Of a DNA stretch of 64,000 nucleotides, positions 1 to 9,805 are shown in pieces. Position numbers and translations under genes: made by a program. Position 1 is the first letter of the stretch, and every line of letters begins with the position of its first letter. The notes beneath the pieces were generated by a model. It was not told where the DNA came from, ran no database searches, and was given only the letters and a program-made list of their open reading frames with translations. Source of the DNA: Deinococcota bacterium (GTDB taxonomy: Bacteria > Deinococcota > Deinococci > Deinococcales > Thermaceae); the NCBI GenBank assembly GCA_041695225.1, contig JBGFRI010000003.1:86325-150324 (forward strand), written 5' to 3'.

Positions 1-323
1 GGCAAGAGGCCTGTCTACTTAGCCTTCCCATTCCTGGTGTCCTCATGGGAGCCGCAGCTCCCTTAGCCCTACTAGGTATCCGGTCTTCGTAGGCCCAGAA
101 GGGGGCCCGCCGGACTTGCAACCCGCCTCGGGACGGCAAGGCTCATGGAAATGCAGATGGGAGATTACCCGAGAAGCCCCCTCCACCTGCTACCGACCAC
201 TCACCGTTTGCTAAGCTTTATTGTTTAGCCCAGCAGGCTTCTTTGCGTCTTTACCCCTTTCCCGGTAGCGAAAGGGGAACTCAGGCACAGGACTAACCCG
301 TTAAACTACCTGAGCGACCATAA
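1..323 (-). ncRNA. Candidate large structured non-coding RNA, truncated by the window edge
   Basis: No ORF of 60 aa or more. Nested stems 280-287/307-314, 254-261/270-277, 186-191/232-237, 98-107/175-184, 127-132/168-173, 68-72/89-93 and 47-52/57-62. Several mismatches read as G-U only on the minus strand. Upstream sigma70-like promoter. Confidence 0.55.
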
Positions 324-329
324 GTCTGT

Positions 330-357
330 AATATACCCAACCCACACTGGATGTCAA
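330..357 (-). promoter_or_regulatory. Sigma70-type promoter TTGACA-N16-TATATT firing leftwards
   Basis: Perfect -35 (reverse complement of 352-357) and TATATT (reverse complement of 330-335). Confidence 0.65.
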
Positions 358-463
358 GTGGAGCTACAGGGTGTCTGTCATGATGTCGGACTGGACCCAT
401 AACAGCTTCAGTCTAGGCAGTGGTCGTATTAGCGATATAATGCACTGTGATAGGAGGTAATAT

Positions 464-1696
464 ATGCTGGAAATCAGAAAAGGCATAATGTACTGGAAAG
501 AAGACTCGCTCGGTCCAATATGGGCTGAAAAACCGACCCAGGCAGTTCAGGCAACTGAAGAGGAGCTGGCCACCCTGGCCACAAGCCACGGTGAGGAAGG
601 CCCCATCCCCCGCCATCTCCTGCACCAGTGCTTCTTCTGGGTCAGGGGGGAGAGCGTGCCAGAGGACTATATCCCCTTCAGCAGCACCCTGGGGGTGGGA
701 GTCCCGGGCGTCTACTTCCTGGGCCGCAAGATACAGCCCAGGGATCTGGAAAGTGCTGATGTGCTGAGACTGGCTCAGTACAAGCTGCACCCCAATCAGC
801 ACCAGGGTCTAGCCGCCTGGCGGAGGTTTCCTTGGCTGGGACTACACGACAGAGTCGACTTTCGGGCGGTGGAGGGAGGCATCTATAAGTGCGATGGCCT
901 CCTGTTGGACTCGAGTGGCGATGTAATCTACCAGTCTGGTGTAGCCCAGCCTAGCGCAGCCTTGCTAGACTGGTTGGCCCAACAACCGCTATGGGCAGTT
1001 AAGGAGTTAAAGACCCGGGCAATCACTGGGTGGAAGATTCACCCGGAGGTACATCCAGGGTGGAAAGAACTTGCCACCTGGGAACGAAACCAGGGTAGAG
1101 AAGCCTGGGGCCTGTACCAGCATGAGTCCTCGCTTTACCTGGCAGGACCGGGAGTGCTGGTAGAACACAAAACCAGCAAGCGCAGCCTCCAGCGTATGCT
1201 GGAGGCTGGCTACCTGCGCCCTAACGATCCTACCCGCCTGCTCTGGTTGGAGGCCGTTACGGGTAAGCGGCTGGCAGACGCCCAGCACGGACACACGCAA
1301 CCAACGGAGGTTTTGTTGCTGGGGGAAAATCTCCTCCTGACGCATTACCATTTTTGGCGTGCGTGTCGTCCCAAGCAAAAACGCTGGGTCGTAAATTACT
1401 CCGGCAACGAGCAGCTGACCCCAGAAGAAATAGACCTGATTGGTCAGCATAATCTGGAGGCGCTTAAAGACTGGGCGGGGGGTTCCTACGCTTTCCAGGC
1501 CTACCTCGGTCTGGTGCGGGGCCAGCCACTGGCTATCTGGAAGCACCGGAACGGGGATCCAGGCTGCAGTACGGTACTGACAGCGCTCGACAAAAAGCCA
1601 GGCCATGGGCGAGTGTTGCTGCAAGGCTCGCTGAAGGAGGTTGTCGCAGCCGACCACGAAAGCCTCCTGGCCATGGAGATGCTGACCAGGATCTAG
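464..1696 (+). CDS. Unknown ~400-aa paralog family member 1
   Basis: Shares motifs LHQxFFW..G..P.DY.P....LG, WKIxP, L.PxDPT..W..A..G and a C-terminal GSL.E......LLA...L with five other ORFs. Preceded by TATAAT-N7-GATAGGAGG. Confidence 0.85.
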   Translation: MLEIRKGIMYWKEDSLGPIWAEKPTQAVQATEEELATLATSHGEEGPIPRHLLHQCFFWVRGESVPEDYIPFSSTLGVGVPGVYFLGRKIQPRDLESADVLRLAQYKLHPNQHQGLAAWRRFPWLGLHDRVDFRAVEGGIYKCDGLLLDSSGDVIYQSGVAQPSAALLDWLAQQPLWAVKELKTRAITGWKIHPEVHPGWKELATWERNQGREAWGLYQHESSLYLAGPGVLVEHKTSKRSLQRMLEAGYLRPNDPTRLLWLEAVTGKRLADAQHGHTQPTEVLLLGENLLLTHYHFWRACRPKQKRWVVNYSGNEQLTPEEIDLIGQHNLEALKDWAGGSYAFQAYLGLVRGQPLAIWKHRNGDPGCSTVLTALDKKPGHGRVLLQGSLKEVVAADHESLLAMEMLTRI

Positions 1697-1715
1697 GCAA
1701 GGCACAGGTAGAGCA

Positions 1716-1744
1716 CCCGGCTAAGGCTTGTCCCTAGCCGGGTT
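1716..1744. terminator. Hairpin between convergent genes
   Basis: ACCCGGCTA...TAGCCGGGT inverted repeat after the 464-1696 stop. Confidence 0.6.
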
Positions 1745-1868
1745 CTTGTCTAGTTTGCTCCCGCTCATCCCTGGAAATAAAGTTACCCCAATTCCTTCTT
1801 CTGTAGTATCGCCTTGTCCATCCACGCCGCCCCGGTCTGCAGCCGGCGCAGTTGCGCCACTAGCTGCT

Positions 1869-2786
1869 TCACGCCAAGAGTTCATCGATTTCTTTAAGTA
1901 AGCGGTCAAGTTTGCGGTGCTGTGAAGGTGTCAACTTGCCAACCTTTGCCGGTGCTAGCTTCCGCTTTACCCTGGTTAGGAAGGAACTAAGCTCGGCTGC
2001 AGGCTGCCGATTCAAGCCTTGTTTCAAGACCGCTATCTCGTTCTGTAGTTGCTGTCGGCTAAGGCCCTCGTCGATTGCCCGCCGGAGTAACAGTGATCGT
2101 GGCTCATCTTCCAGTCCTACCAGGAGCTTCGCCTTTGAGTATTCGATCTGACCCTCGCGCACTGCCTTAAGCACCTCACCGGGGAACTTAAGGATCGGAA
2201 GCCGGTGACTGTAGAACGAACTGACGGTAAAGCGCCCAATGGCCTCAAAGAAGCGCTCAACCTCGGCAATAGCCGCATTGTAAACACCGGTGTTTACATC
2301 TCTTCCTTGAGCCCTATAATAGCCAACACGAACAATCTCGATTATCTCTTCCACGGGCTTCTTGAGCTTCAGACTAAGCAGTTTGAGGGTGCTGTCGGTC
2401 TCGTCGATTGGGTTCAGATCTTCTCTGTTGAGATTCTCCATCAAAGCGATTTCGAGCGCCTCTTCATCGGTAAGGTCCAGGACAATTGCAGGTACGGTGT
2501 CCAGGCCAATAAGCTTGGCTGCATGGTAGCGTCTCTCCCCCGCCACAAGCTCAAACCCCTCGGCGGCCTCACGAACAAGTAGTGGCTGCAACACGCCTTT
2601 CGCCTTGATACTGGCTGCAAGCTTGTCAAGCATTTCCTGGTCCAGGTACCGGCGGGGTTGGCTAGGACCTGGCCGAAGCTCGGCCACGGGGATCTGGCGC
2701 ACGACACTACGCTCGGTCGGCACGCGCGTTTTGCTAAGGATCGCGGTGAATAAATCGCCGCGGTTGATCTTAGGCTTGGTGGCCAT
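1869..2786 (-). CDS. parB: ParB/Spo0J partition protein
   Basis: QPRRY, GVLQPLLVR, LVAGERRY(H)AA and ENLNREDLNPID motifs; directly downstream of parA. Confidence 0.95.
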   Translation of the reverse strand: MATKPKINRGDLFTAILSKTRVPTERSVVRQIPVAELRPGPSQPRRYLDQEMLDKLAASIKAKGVLQPLLVREAAEGFELVAGERRYHAAKLIGLDTVPAIVLDLTDEEALEIALMENLNREDLNPIDETDSTLKLLSLKLKKPVEEIIEIVRVGYYRAQGRDVNTGVYNAAIAEVERFFEAIGRFTVSSFYSHRLPILKFPGEVLKAVREGQIEYSKAKLLVGLEDEPRSLLLRRAIDEGLSRQQLQNEIAVLKQGLNRQPAAELSSFLTRVKRKLAPAKVGKLTPSQHRKLDRLLKEIDELLA

Positions 2787-2787
2787 G

Positions 2788-3576
2788 TCAGCGGGCAACC
2801 TCTATACCCAAGACTTCAAGGAGATCGTTTGTGGCAGAGCGAATCTCTTGATCGGCAGCTTCACCGGGCTTAAACACAGGGATGGGCAGACCGGCAAGCT
2901 GGGCATCTTTATAGGTAGCCGGGCGGTTATGTAAGGGTGATGAAACGCAGGCTATCGATCTGAGCTGCGTGCGGATAGCCTCCAGCGACTCTTGGTCATG
3001 CCGGGTACGCTGGTCAAACTGCGTTAAAAGGAACAGACTGATCCGAAGTCTCGGGGAGAGTTCACTGAAACGATCAACCATTGTTACGACGGTGTTGATC
3101 CCCCGCAAGCCCTTGCTATTGGTCGGAAGCGGAACAATCACGTGGTCAGCCGCAATGACGCTCAAGGTTGAAAGTTGGCCCAGGCTCGGTGGGGGATCGA
3201 TCAGCACAAAGTCGTAACCCTCTAACTTCCCCACCGCGTTGCGTAACCGGACGAGGCCGTTAAGCTCGCCCACAAGCAGCACGTCCAATCGGGCAACATC
3301 GAGCTGGCTCGGAATCAGATCAAGGCCGTGAACCCGTAGCGGTCTGGGCAGCTTGAGGTCGGATCGGTTACCGCCGCTGCTGATGACCGCTGGGAAGATG
3401 GTCTGCTCCAGTGCAACATCATCCATGACCCCCAACCATTCGGTGAGGTTGGCTTGCGGGTCGGCATCGATAAGCAAGACCCGGAAGCCTTGGGCCGCGA
3501 GGGTGTACCCTACATCGCGCACGCCGCTGGTTTTACCTACCCCACCCGCATGGTTAAAGAATACTAGAGACCGCAT
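2788..3576 (-). CDS. parA: ParA/Soj partition ATPase
   Basis: Deviant Walker A GGVGKT, LIDADPQANLT and DPPPSLG. ATG at 3576 has a GAAGGAG RBS. Confidence 0.95.
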   Translation of the reverse strand: MRSLVFFNHAGGVGKTSGVRDVGYTLAAQGFRVLLIDADPQANLTEWLGVMDDVALEQTIFPAVISSGGNRSDLKLPRPLRVHGLDLIPSQLDVARLDVLLVGELNGLVRLRNAVGKLEGYDFVLIDPPPSLGQLSTLSVIAADHVIVPLPTNSKGLRGINTVVTMVDRFSELSPRLRISLFLLTQFDQRTRHDQESLEAIRTQLRSIACVSSPLHNRPATYKDAQLAGLPIPVFKPGEAADQEIRSATNDLLEVLGIEVAR

Positions 3577-4208
3577 CACCGCTATCTCCTTCCTCGGCCT
3601 TGGCCAACCAGCACTCGCGCCGAAGCGATCCACGCGCCTCACAACTTTTAACCGTGCCCCTGGCGTGCTTTAACCGCACGGTAGCACCCGCCACCTTCAT
3701 TACGACCAAGCGGTTAGCAAAGACACTGCGCCCCTTTGTGTCGTCTCTAGGCGTGCAGCATAACGCACTCCAGAATCTAGCCCCGCTCGGAGCAAAACAG
3801 TAGGTGCGATACATTACGGAAATTATCATAACATCATCTGACTAAACGTTGCGACTCTTGTTTCATCGCAGTGTCCTCCCCGCGTGCGAGTCTAAAATCT
3901 GCGGCCCAAACGTTTAGGGAGCCGGCAATCCCCCGCTCGACCAGCGTTAAATCGACTAGTGTGTGGCTAGCGGCGTACAAATGCGTTGATTCCACGGCTA
4001 CTAACGCAATTGAAACAAAAACCGGGGGGTGCCGACAACGCGCCTTTTTGCCTTAGGAGTTAGACATCTTCGGCTTCGCGGCTAGCTTTAGAGTCCAGCC
4101 ACCGGTGTTGATGAAAATTAAAATTTAGTACAACACCATCAGTATTGTTTGTACCTTTAGGTCGGTGCGCCACGCCGACTCGCGTCTGCTACGCGAAACC
4201 CCACGTTA

Positions 4209-4381
4209 TATTGCAACAAAAACCGGCGGCTACGGCTTCAAAAACCGTGGGTTCCTGCTACAAAAACCGGTGGCTATTGCAACAAGAACCGGAAAGGCTA
4301 CTGCAACAAGAACCGGAGCCAAAACAAAAAACGGAGGCGAAGGCTACAAAAACCGGAGGATACTGCAACAAAAACCGGAGG
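4209..4381 (+). repeat. Iteron array (origin of replication), ~22-bp period
   Basis: Core CAAAAACCGG or near-match at 4217, 4239, 4261, 4283, 4307, 4325, 4347 and 4369. Extra copies near 4017 and 4492, and inverted just after the rep stop (~5893-5911). Confidence 0.9.
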
Positions 4382-4466
4382 CATGGACAAGCAACATTTC
4401 TTCGTAGAGCACGCAAAATAATCACTCGACTTTTGCAGAAAGGTGTGGTATGGTTCGACGAATATC

Positions 4467-5885
4467 ATGGAGAATGTGGTATTACAGGAAGCAAAAACCG
4501 TAGCAATCCAGCCGCGGCTAATCCCAGGTGATACGGATATTCTCAAAGTTGTTCAGGCTAATGCCTTAGCAACTAGCGTCCAGGACATGACATTATTAGA
4601 GCGCCGCATCATCCTGCTTGCTCTAGCTGTCATTAATCGCTCGGACCAGGAACTTCCTTACGTGCGAATCTACACCTCGGATATAAAGCGGACTTTTGGC
4701 GTAGCATACAACTCGCTTGGTGCGGAACTCAATGAGGCAACTGGAAAATTAATGACGCGCTACGCGGTGTTCTTGCGAACCAGGCACGGGAGCTACAGTA
4801 AAATCAGCTGGGTTAATGAGGTGCATTTTACCTCCGGTCTCGATAGTGAGGACGGCATGTCCTATATCGACATTCAGCTTCACCCAGCGATAAGTCGTTA
4901 TGTATTGCAACTTACTGGCCGCTTCTTCTCAGTCCCCGTAGGAGTGCTTGCCAGGTTCCGCAGTATGTACAGCCTGCGGCTCTGTGAGATCCTCATGGCC
5001 GAGTCGCGGGGGGGAAAAGTGCGCCAGGTCAACTTCGACCTGCCTGAGCTTAAGGAAATACTGGGCTGTAATACAAAGGCATATCACAACTTTAGCAACT
5101 TTAGGCAACGCGTGCTGGAGCCAAGCCAAACTGAGAACAAAGAGGCCGGGTTTCTCACCTTTGACTGGGAAACGATTAACCGTGGACGCCAGGTGATCGG
5201 ACTCAAGTTTAGTGTACAGGTGAATCATGGCGCTATGAGTATTGACGACTTCAGGGAGTTTGAGTCGCAGGATCAGGATATTCGGCGACTGGCGCTAGAA
5301 AACTCCATGCGTGAAAGCGGTTTTACGGAGAATCCACGGGCCTATACCGACCGCCTTGGCGTGGATCTGGTGGAAAGGATCTACACAGAGTGCCGCCAGG
5401 TACAGATGCAAAATAAAGGAACGAAGAGCGAAATCCGGAACTTTGGCGGTTTCCTGCACTCACAGTTGAAGCAAGCGCTTGAGAACCCACCCCCAGCAAA
5501 AGGAGCTATTGCTGATGATGGTTTCGAGCACCTCACCCCACAACAGTTGCAGGCTGTGGCTGACAGGCTTGTTCAGGCATTAGCCGCCGCACGACTCGAA
5601 TACGTTATGCAGAGGTGGGCAGAACTTGGCGAAGGTGAACAGAATGCCCTCCGCGAGAGAATGATGCGCGAACTCGATGAATGGACACTAGCAGCTTTGC
5701 GTAAAGCGGGTGGTGAGGAGGGAGTAGCTTTCCACAGCGCTATACGCCGCATCCTAGAAGCAGAGGGCCTTACGTACCCAGCACCCTTAGCATCCATCCG
5801 AGCCTTTGTCTCAGATGATGGTCTCGCCAAATACCGGCCTGATCTGCGCCAGAAAATTCTGCGGTACGCCGAGGAAGCGGAGTAG
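4467..5885 (+). CDS. Plasmid replication initiator (Rep_3/RepB-like winged helix) with a long C-terminal extension
   Basis: QANAL...MTLLERRIIL, FRSMYSLRLCEIL, FSNFRQRVLEP and RGRQVIGLKF match the Rep_3 pattern; adjacent to iterons and parAB. Confidence 0.9.
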   Translation: MENVVLQEAKTVAIQPRLIPGDTDILKVVQANALATSVQDMTLLERRIILLALAVINRSDQELPYVRIYTSDIKRTFGVAYNSLGAELNEATGKLMTRYAVFLRTRHGSYSKISWVNEVHFTSGLDSEDGMSYIDIQLHPAISRYVLQLTGRFFSVPVGVLARFRSMYSLRLCEILMAESRGGKVRQVNFDLPELKEILGCNTKAYHNFSNFRQRVLEPSQTENKEAGFLTFDWETINRGRQVIGLKFSVQVNHGAMSIDDFREFESQDQDIRRLALENSMRESGFTENPRAYTDRLGVDLVERIYTECRQVQMQNKGTKSEIRNFGGFLHSQLKQALENPPPAKGAIADDGFEHLTPQQLQAVADRLVQALAAARLEYVMQRWAELGEGEQNALRERMMRELDEWTLAALRKAGGEEGVAFHSAIRRILEAEGLTYPAPLASIRAFVSDDGLAKYRPDLRQKILRYAEEAE

Positions 5886-5984
5886 CAGGAGTCTCCGGTT
5901 TTTGTTGCAATGCAGATCGCCGCACCCAGGCCGGATGCAAAGTCTCTCATGAAGGCTGAATATACCTGACCAATTTTATCGCGC

Positions 5985-6042
5985 AAGCCACTCCCTTCAG
6001 GAATGTGGGCTCCCCGCGCTAAAGCGCAAGGCTTTCTGGCGC
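5985..6042. mobile_element. Possible IS200/IS605-family end remnant
   Basis: AAGCCACTCCCTTCAGG and CTCCCCGCGCTAAAGCGCAAGGCTTT resemble subterminal hairpins of IS605-type elements. No transposase present. Confidence 0.35.
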
Positions 6043-6192
6043 AGATCCTGTAAGCGCCGGGCGTCCAGGCAGCACACCTGGTCTATCGCCGCGTAATCCT
6101 TTTTGTCGCAAAAACACTAACTGGATGCGGTTAGGAACAACCTCTCATAGAAGCTGACTATACCTAACACCGATAGGAGATAATAAGCAAAT

Positions 6193-8217
6193 ATGAAACG
6201 ATACCTGCTTGCTTTGATGGTTTCTGGCGGCTTGGCTCAGGCTCAGTTCAGTGATGTACCCGCTGGCCACTGGGCCCGTGAGGCCATAACCCGGCTGGTG
6301 GCCCAGGGAGTTATCAGCGGTTTTCCAGACAATCGTTTTAAGGGCGACAACCCTCTAAGCCGGTATGAGGCTGCGCTGATGATTTATCGGGTCATCCGGG
6401 GGCTAGAAGCTGACCGCCTGAGCCCAGCCGATCTCGAAGTCCTTTCTAAGGCAATGCTGGAACTGCGCAGTGAGCTAATGCGCCTGGGTATGCAAATGGA
6501 GGGGCTAGTTACTCGTGAAGAGCTAGAAGAGGTGCAACGGAAGTTAGCTTTACTCGAGGCCAACCAACAGGGGGTAGACCTGGCTGCTCTACAAGAGCTG
6601 CGAAGCCTGCTGGAACAAACCGGCCTCACCGCTACCCAGGCCCTGGTACAAACCAACCTGGCACTAGAACGCATCCAGGCCCTTGGGGGTAAGATTGAAC
6701 ACCTTGAACGGGACCTGACCTTACTACGCGACCAGCAGACCGGCAGCATACAGACCTTGCAGGCCAGTTTAAGTAGCCTGCGCTCCGAACTAAGTGCCTT
6801 GCAGCAAGAGCTACAGACTCTGGCTGGCCGCCCAACCACCCCAGTTAGCGATCCAGCTTTCCAGCTGGCTCTGAACCAGCAGGCCGAACGTCTGGCTGCA
6901 TTTGAGCAGGCCCTGACCCGACTGGAGCGTGAGCAGACCGCCCGGCAGGCTGCCCTGGCTGCTCGCTTGCTGGCCCTGGAAGAAGCCCAGCGGCCCCGCT
7001 TTAGCCTGGAAGGGAGCCTGGCCTGGCGACAGGGTTTTGGCTATGCTCTGGGACGAGAAGGTCCAGACTCCAGCGCTGAGCGGGTACTGGGGCGCCTGCT
7101 GCTTTCTACCGAGCGGGGGAATAACCGCTTCGGCCTGGCGCTGTACTCGGGCGGGGGAGTGGGTTATACCGCCGTTGGTCTGGAGGCCCGGCTTGATAAC
7201 CTCACGGTGAGGACAGTCTGGGGTGCAGGAGGGGAGTACGCTTACACCCTGGGTTATCGCCTGGGAGTAGGGGAGAGCTACCTGGCTCTGCGGGGCCAGC
7301 TGGCTAGCAAGAACATTCCGCCCCAGCTAGCGGTACCCCGGGTGGAAGCTGAAGTGCAGGGACAGTGGCAGGTTAATTTTGCCACCTTCAGTAGGCTGGC
7401 GGCAGCAGTGCGAGTAGGTCGGGAGGCCGGGGGAGAGGTGAATAGCGACTACTTGCTGGCAAAAGCCAGCACCTGCGCACTGGAATCCTCACTGCTGGGG
7501 GCTGGCCTGGGAATGGATCTACCGTTTGGCTACCAGGGTTGGCTGCGCTTTAGCCAGCTCGAGGAGCGCACACCGCCAGGCTGCCCTACCCCCCTGGTGC
7601 TGGTGCGCCCGGTAATGGAGGCCCGGCTGCGTAGCGACGGTTTTCTGGTCAGCGACGTGTCTTATCGCACTGAGGGCCACCGGGGAGATGGCCTGGGTCA
7701 GACCTTTACCCGCAATGTGCTGGAAGCCGAGGTTGGTTTCCGCTTCGCCTTTGGCCGTGCCCAGATAGTGCCGGTTGTTGGCTACAGCCGGATCTGGTTC
7801 AGTGAGATACAGGGAGCGGCAGGAGTCTGGCCGCAGACCGAGCTGGACCATCCGGGTAGGGGAGACCGGACTACCTACCGCCTGCGTCTGGGCTTCAGTG
7901 GCCGCTTTGACCCGGTGCAGCTGGAGGCGGAAGCCCTGTGGCGCAATACCACCTACCCTACTTATATCGCAAGCCAGTATGGGGGCAAGGGTGCTCTGAT
8001 CTGGCGGTTAGATCCCTTACGGCTAACACTTGAAGGAGGTTTCTACGCAGGCAGTAACTTTAACCTGCTTACCTTTACTCCCATCGACACCCCAGGTCTA
8101 AATACCAGCCTGGGCTGGCTGGGTCTGCGCCTGGGCTGGCCGCAGGGGGAGGTCAGCTACAGCACTGATACAGCAGGAGGAATCCGCTTTGGCCTGAGGT
8201 ATAACTGGCAGTTCTAA
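6193..8217 (+). CDS. S-layer (SlpA-like) protein: signal peptide, SLH domain, coiled coil, C-terminal beta-barrel
   Basis: FSDVPAGHWA...GVISGFPDNRFKG...SRYEAA SLH motif, long heptad region, alternating beta-strand C-terminus ending in F. Confidence 0.85.
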   Translation: MKRYLLALMVSGGLAQAQFSDVPAGHWAREAITRLVAQGVISGFPDNRFKGDNPLSRYEAALMIYRVIRGLEADRLSPADLEVLSKAMLELRSELMRLGMQMEGLVTREELEEVQRKLALLEANQQGVDLAALQELRSLLEQTGLTATQALVQTNLALERIQALGGKIEHLERDLTLLRDQQTGSIQTLQASLSSLRSELSALQQELQTLAGRPTTPVSDPAFQLALNQQAERLAAFEQALTRLEREQTARQAALAARLLALEEAQRPRFSLEGSLAWRQGFGYALGREGPDSSAERVLGRLLLSTERGNNRFGLALYSGGGVGYTAVGLEARLDNLTVRTVWGAGGEYAYTLGYRLGVGESYLALRGQLASKNIPPQLAVPRVEAEVQGQWQVNFATFSRLAAAVRVGREAGGEVNSDYLLAKASTCALESSLLGAGLGMDLPFGYQGWLRFSQLEERTPPGCPTPLVLVRPVMEARLRSDGFLVSDVSYRTEGHRGDGLGQTFTRNVLEAEVGFRFAFGRAQIVPVVGYSRIWFSEIQGAAGVWPQTELDHPGRGDRTTYRLRLGFSGRFDPVQLEAEALWRNTTYPTYIASQYGGKGALIWRLDPLRLTLEGGFYAGSNFNLLTFTPIDTPGLNTSLGWLGLRLGWPQGEVSYSTDTAGGIRFGLRYNWQF

Positions 8218-8227
8218 GCCTACACAG

Positions 8228-8306
8228 TGCTATACTGGCTTTGCCGGGCCTTTCAGGCCGGGTGTCTCCTTCGGGGGACACCCGGGAGACTGTGAAGGAG
8301 GGCGCG
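8228..8306 (+). promoter_or_regulatory. Extended -10 promoter plus conserved two-hairpin 5' leader
   Basis: TGCTATACT, then GGCCTTTCAGGCC and GGGTGTCTCC-TTCG-GGGGACACCC hairpins, then GGAGGGCGCGATG. Near-identical copy at 35771-35851 (minus). Confidence 0.75.
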
Positions 8307-8636
8307 ATGGAGAAGACCTTGGAGGAGCGGGTGGTAAAGCTGGAGCAGGCTTACGAGTTTGTAGGCAAAGAGCTGACCGGGCTAAATAGCCGGGTGGAGG
8401 GCCTGCGCCAGGAGATGGGTGGGCTGCGCCAGGAAATCGGTGGGCTAACCAACCGGATGGATAGCCTGAACAGCCGGGTAGATGTCTTGAACAACCGGAT
8501 GGATAGCCTGAACAGCCGGGTAGACAAGGTGCAGGCCAGCCTGAGCCAGCACACTCTGGCCATAGCGCTGGGGGCCATAGGTATTGTGGTGACCATGGTG
8601 GCAGGCTTTATCAGTGTGGTAACCACATTGTCCTAA
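8307..8636 (+). CDS. Coiled-coil tandem-repeat protein with C-terminal TM helix (Bdr/DUF1640-like architecture), copy 1
   Basis: 7-aa and 14-aa repeats (GLRQE, NRMDSLNSRVD), hydrophobic C-terminus, strong RBS. Confidence 0.8.
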   Translation: MEKTLEERVVKLEQAYEFVGKELTGLNSRVEGLRQEMGGLRQEIGGLTNRMDSLNSRVDVLNNRMDSLNSRVDKVQASLSQHTLAIALGAIGIVVTMVAGFISVVTTLS

Positions 8637-8658
8637 CCTGCCAGGTACAGGTTGCAAC

Positions 8659-8683
8659 GCCCCACTTCGGTGGGGCTTCTTGT
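8659..8683 (+). terminator. Intrinsic terminator GCCCCAC-TTCG-GTGGGGC (1 of 4 identical stems)
   Basis: Perfect 7-bp stem with UUCG loop followed by TTCTTGTT. Confidence 0.8.
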
Positions 8684-8924
8684 TGATTTGCTGGTTGAAG
8701 GCCGTAAACCAGCTTTCCCTGGTTCAGATAGCTAGGGCCTGTTGGGTGCCCGATGTACCGCGCCCCATTTTGAGACCGCCAATGGTTCAATGGCTCTCAT
8801 GAAGGCCCGGAGCCTGGGCCAATACGGTGCTACCATTCAAGTATGGTGTCTGGCAAACTGTTGCAAACAGCTCAGCTGGCAGTCTGGGTGTTTGTAGCTC
8901 CACCGGCAAGACTGAGCTAATTGT

Positions 8925-9785
8925 ATGCAAACGATTTCGGCAACTACCCCTACCCGGCCCCCACTCCGCTACTTCGGTGGGAAGTGGCAGATTGCACCGT
9001 TCATTCTGGCCCACTTCCCACCGCATCAGAGCTATCTCGAGCCTTTCAGTGGCGGAGCCTCAATTCTGCTGCAAAAGCCTCGTGTCAAGATCGAGACCTA
9101 CAACGATCTGGACTCCGGTGTGGTTAATTTCTTCCGGGTTTTGCGGGAAAGGCCGAATGAACTGGTCCGATTGCTCCAGCTAACTCCCTGGGCGCGGGAG
9201 GAGTACGAGCTTTCCAGCGAACCCACCGAGGATCCCTTAGAAGCTGCCCGGCGCTTCTTTGTCCTGTCCTGGATGGGGATCGGGATGAATGCCGTTGACG
9301 GCAAGCGCAGCTTCCGCTACATAGCCAAGGCCACTGGCATCTGGAAGGCACCGGCCATGCTTTGGGATCTGAGCCACCTCTACCAGGTAGCCGAGCGACT
9401 AATCGGTGTACAGATCATGCACGATAACGCCTTTGACCTGATTCCCCGCTTTGATCAGCCAGATACTCTCATTTACTGCGATCCGCCCTACCTGCGGTCT
9501 ACGCGGAAGAAGAAGTCTGCCAGTTACCGTGAGGAGATGGGCGAGGACGACCACCTGCGCCTGGCCGGGATACTGAACAGCCTCAGCGCCAGCGTGGTGC
9601 TCTCCGGCTATCCCAGCGAGCTGTACGCCGACTTGTACGAGATCCACGGCTGGCAGCGCCTCGAGACCCAGACCTTCGCCAACAACTCCCGCCAGAGCGC
9701 CCGCACCGAGGCCATCTGGCTCAGTCCGCTAACCTGGCAGCGTTTGCGGCAACAGCAGCCGTTGCTTCTGAAGGAAGCAGGCTAG
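8925..9785 (+). CDS. Orphan DNA adenine methyltransferase (D12/Dam class)
   Basis: LRYFGGK, YLEPFSGGAS, YNDLD and the catalytic YCDPPY motif. No adjacent endonuclease. Confidence 0.92.
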   Translation: MQTISATTPTRPPLRYFGGKWQIAPFILAHFPPHQSYLEPFSGGASILLQKPRVKIETYNDLDSGVVNFFRVLRERPNELVRLLQLTPWAREEYELSSEPTEDPLEAARRFFVLSWMGIGMNAVDGKRSFRYIAKATGIWKAPAMLWDLSHLYQVAERLIGVQIMHDNAFDLIPRFDQPDTLIYCDPPYLRSTRKKKSASYREEMGEDDHLRLAGILNSLSASVVLSGYPSELYADLYEIHGWQRLETQTFANNSRQSARTEAIWLSPLTWQRLRQQQPLLLKEAG

Positions 9786-9805
9786 CCGCAGAGGAGGAAA
9801 ACACC

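Noticed and set aside
107..127. tRNA T-arm-like GGGTTGCAAGTCC on the minus strand
   Set aside because: No cloverleaf or acceptor stem; treated as part of the larger structured region.
4209..4381. Regular short repeats as a CRISPR array
   Set aside because: Tandem 22-bp period without unique spacers, next to rep: these are iterons.
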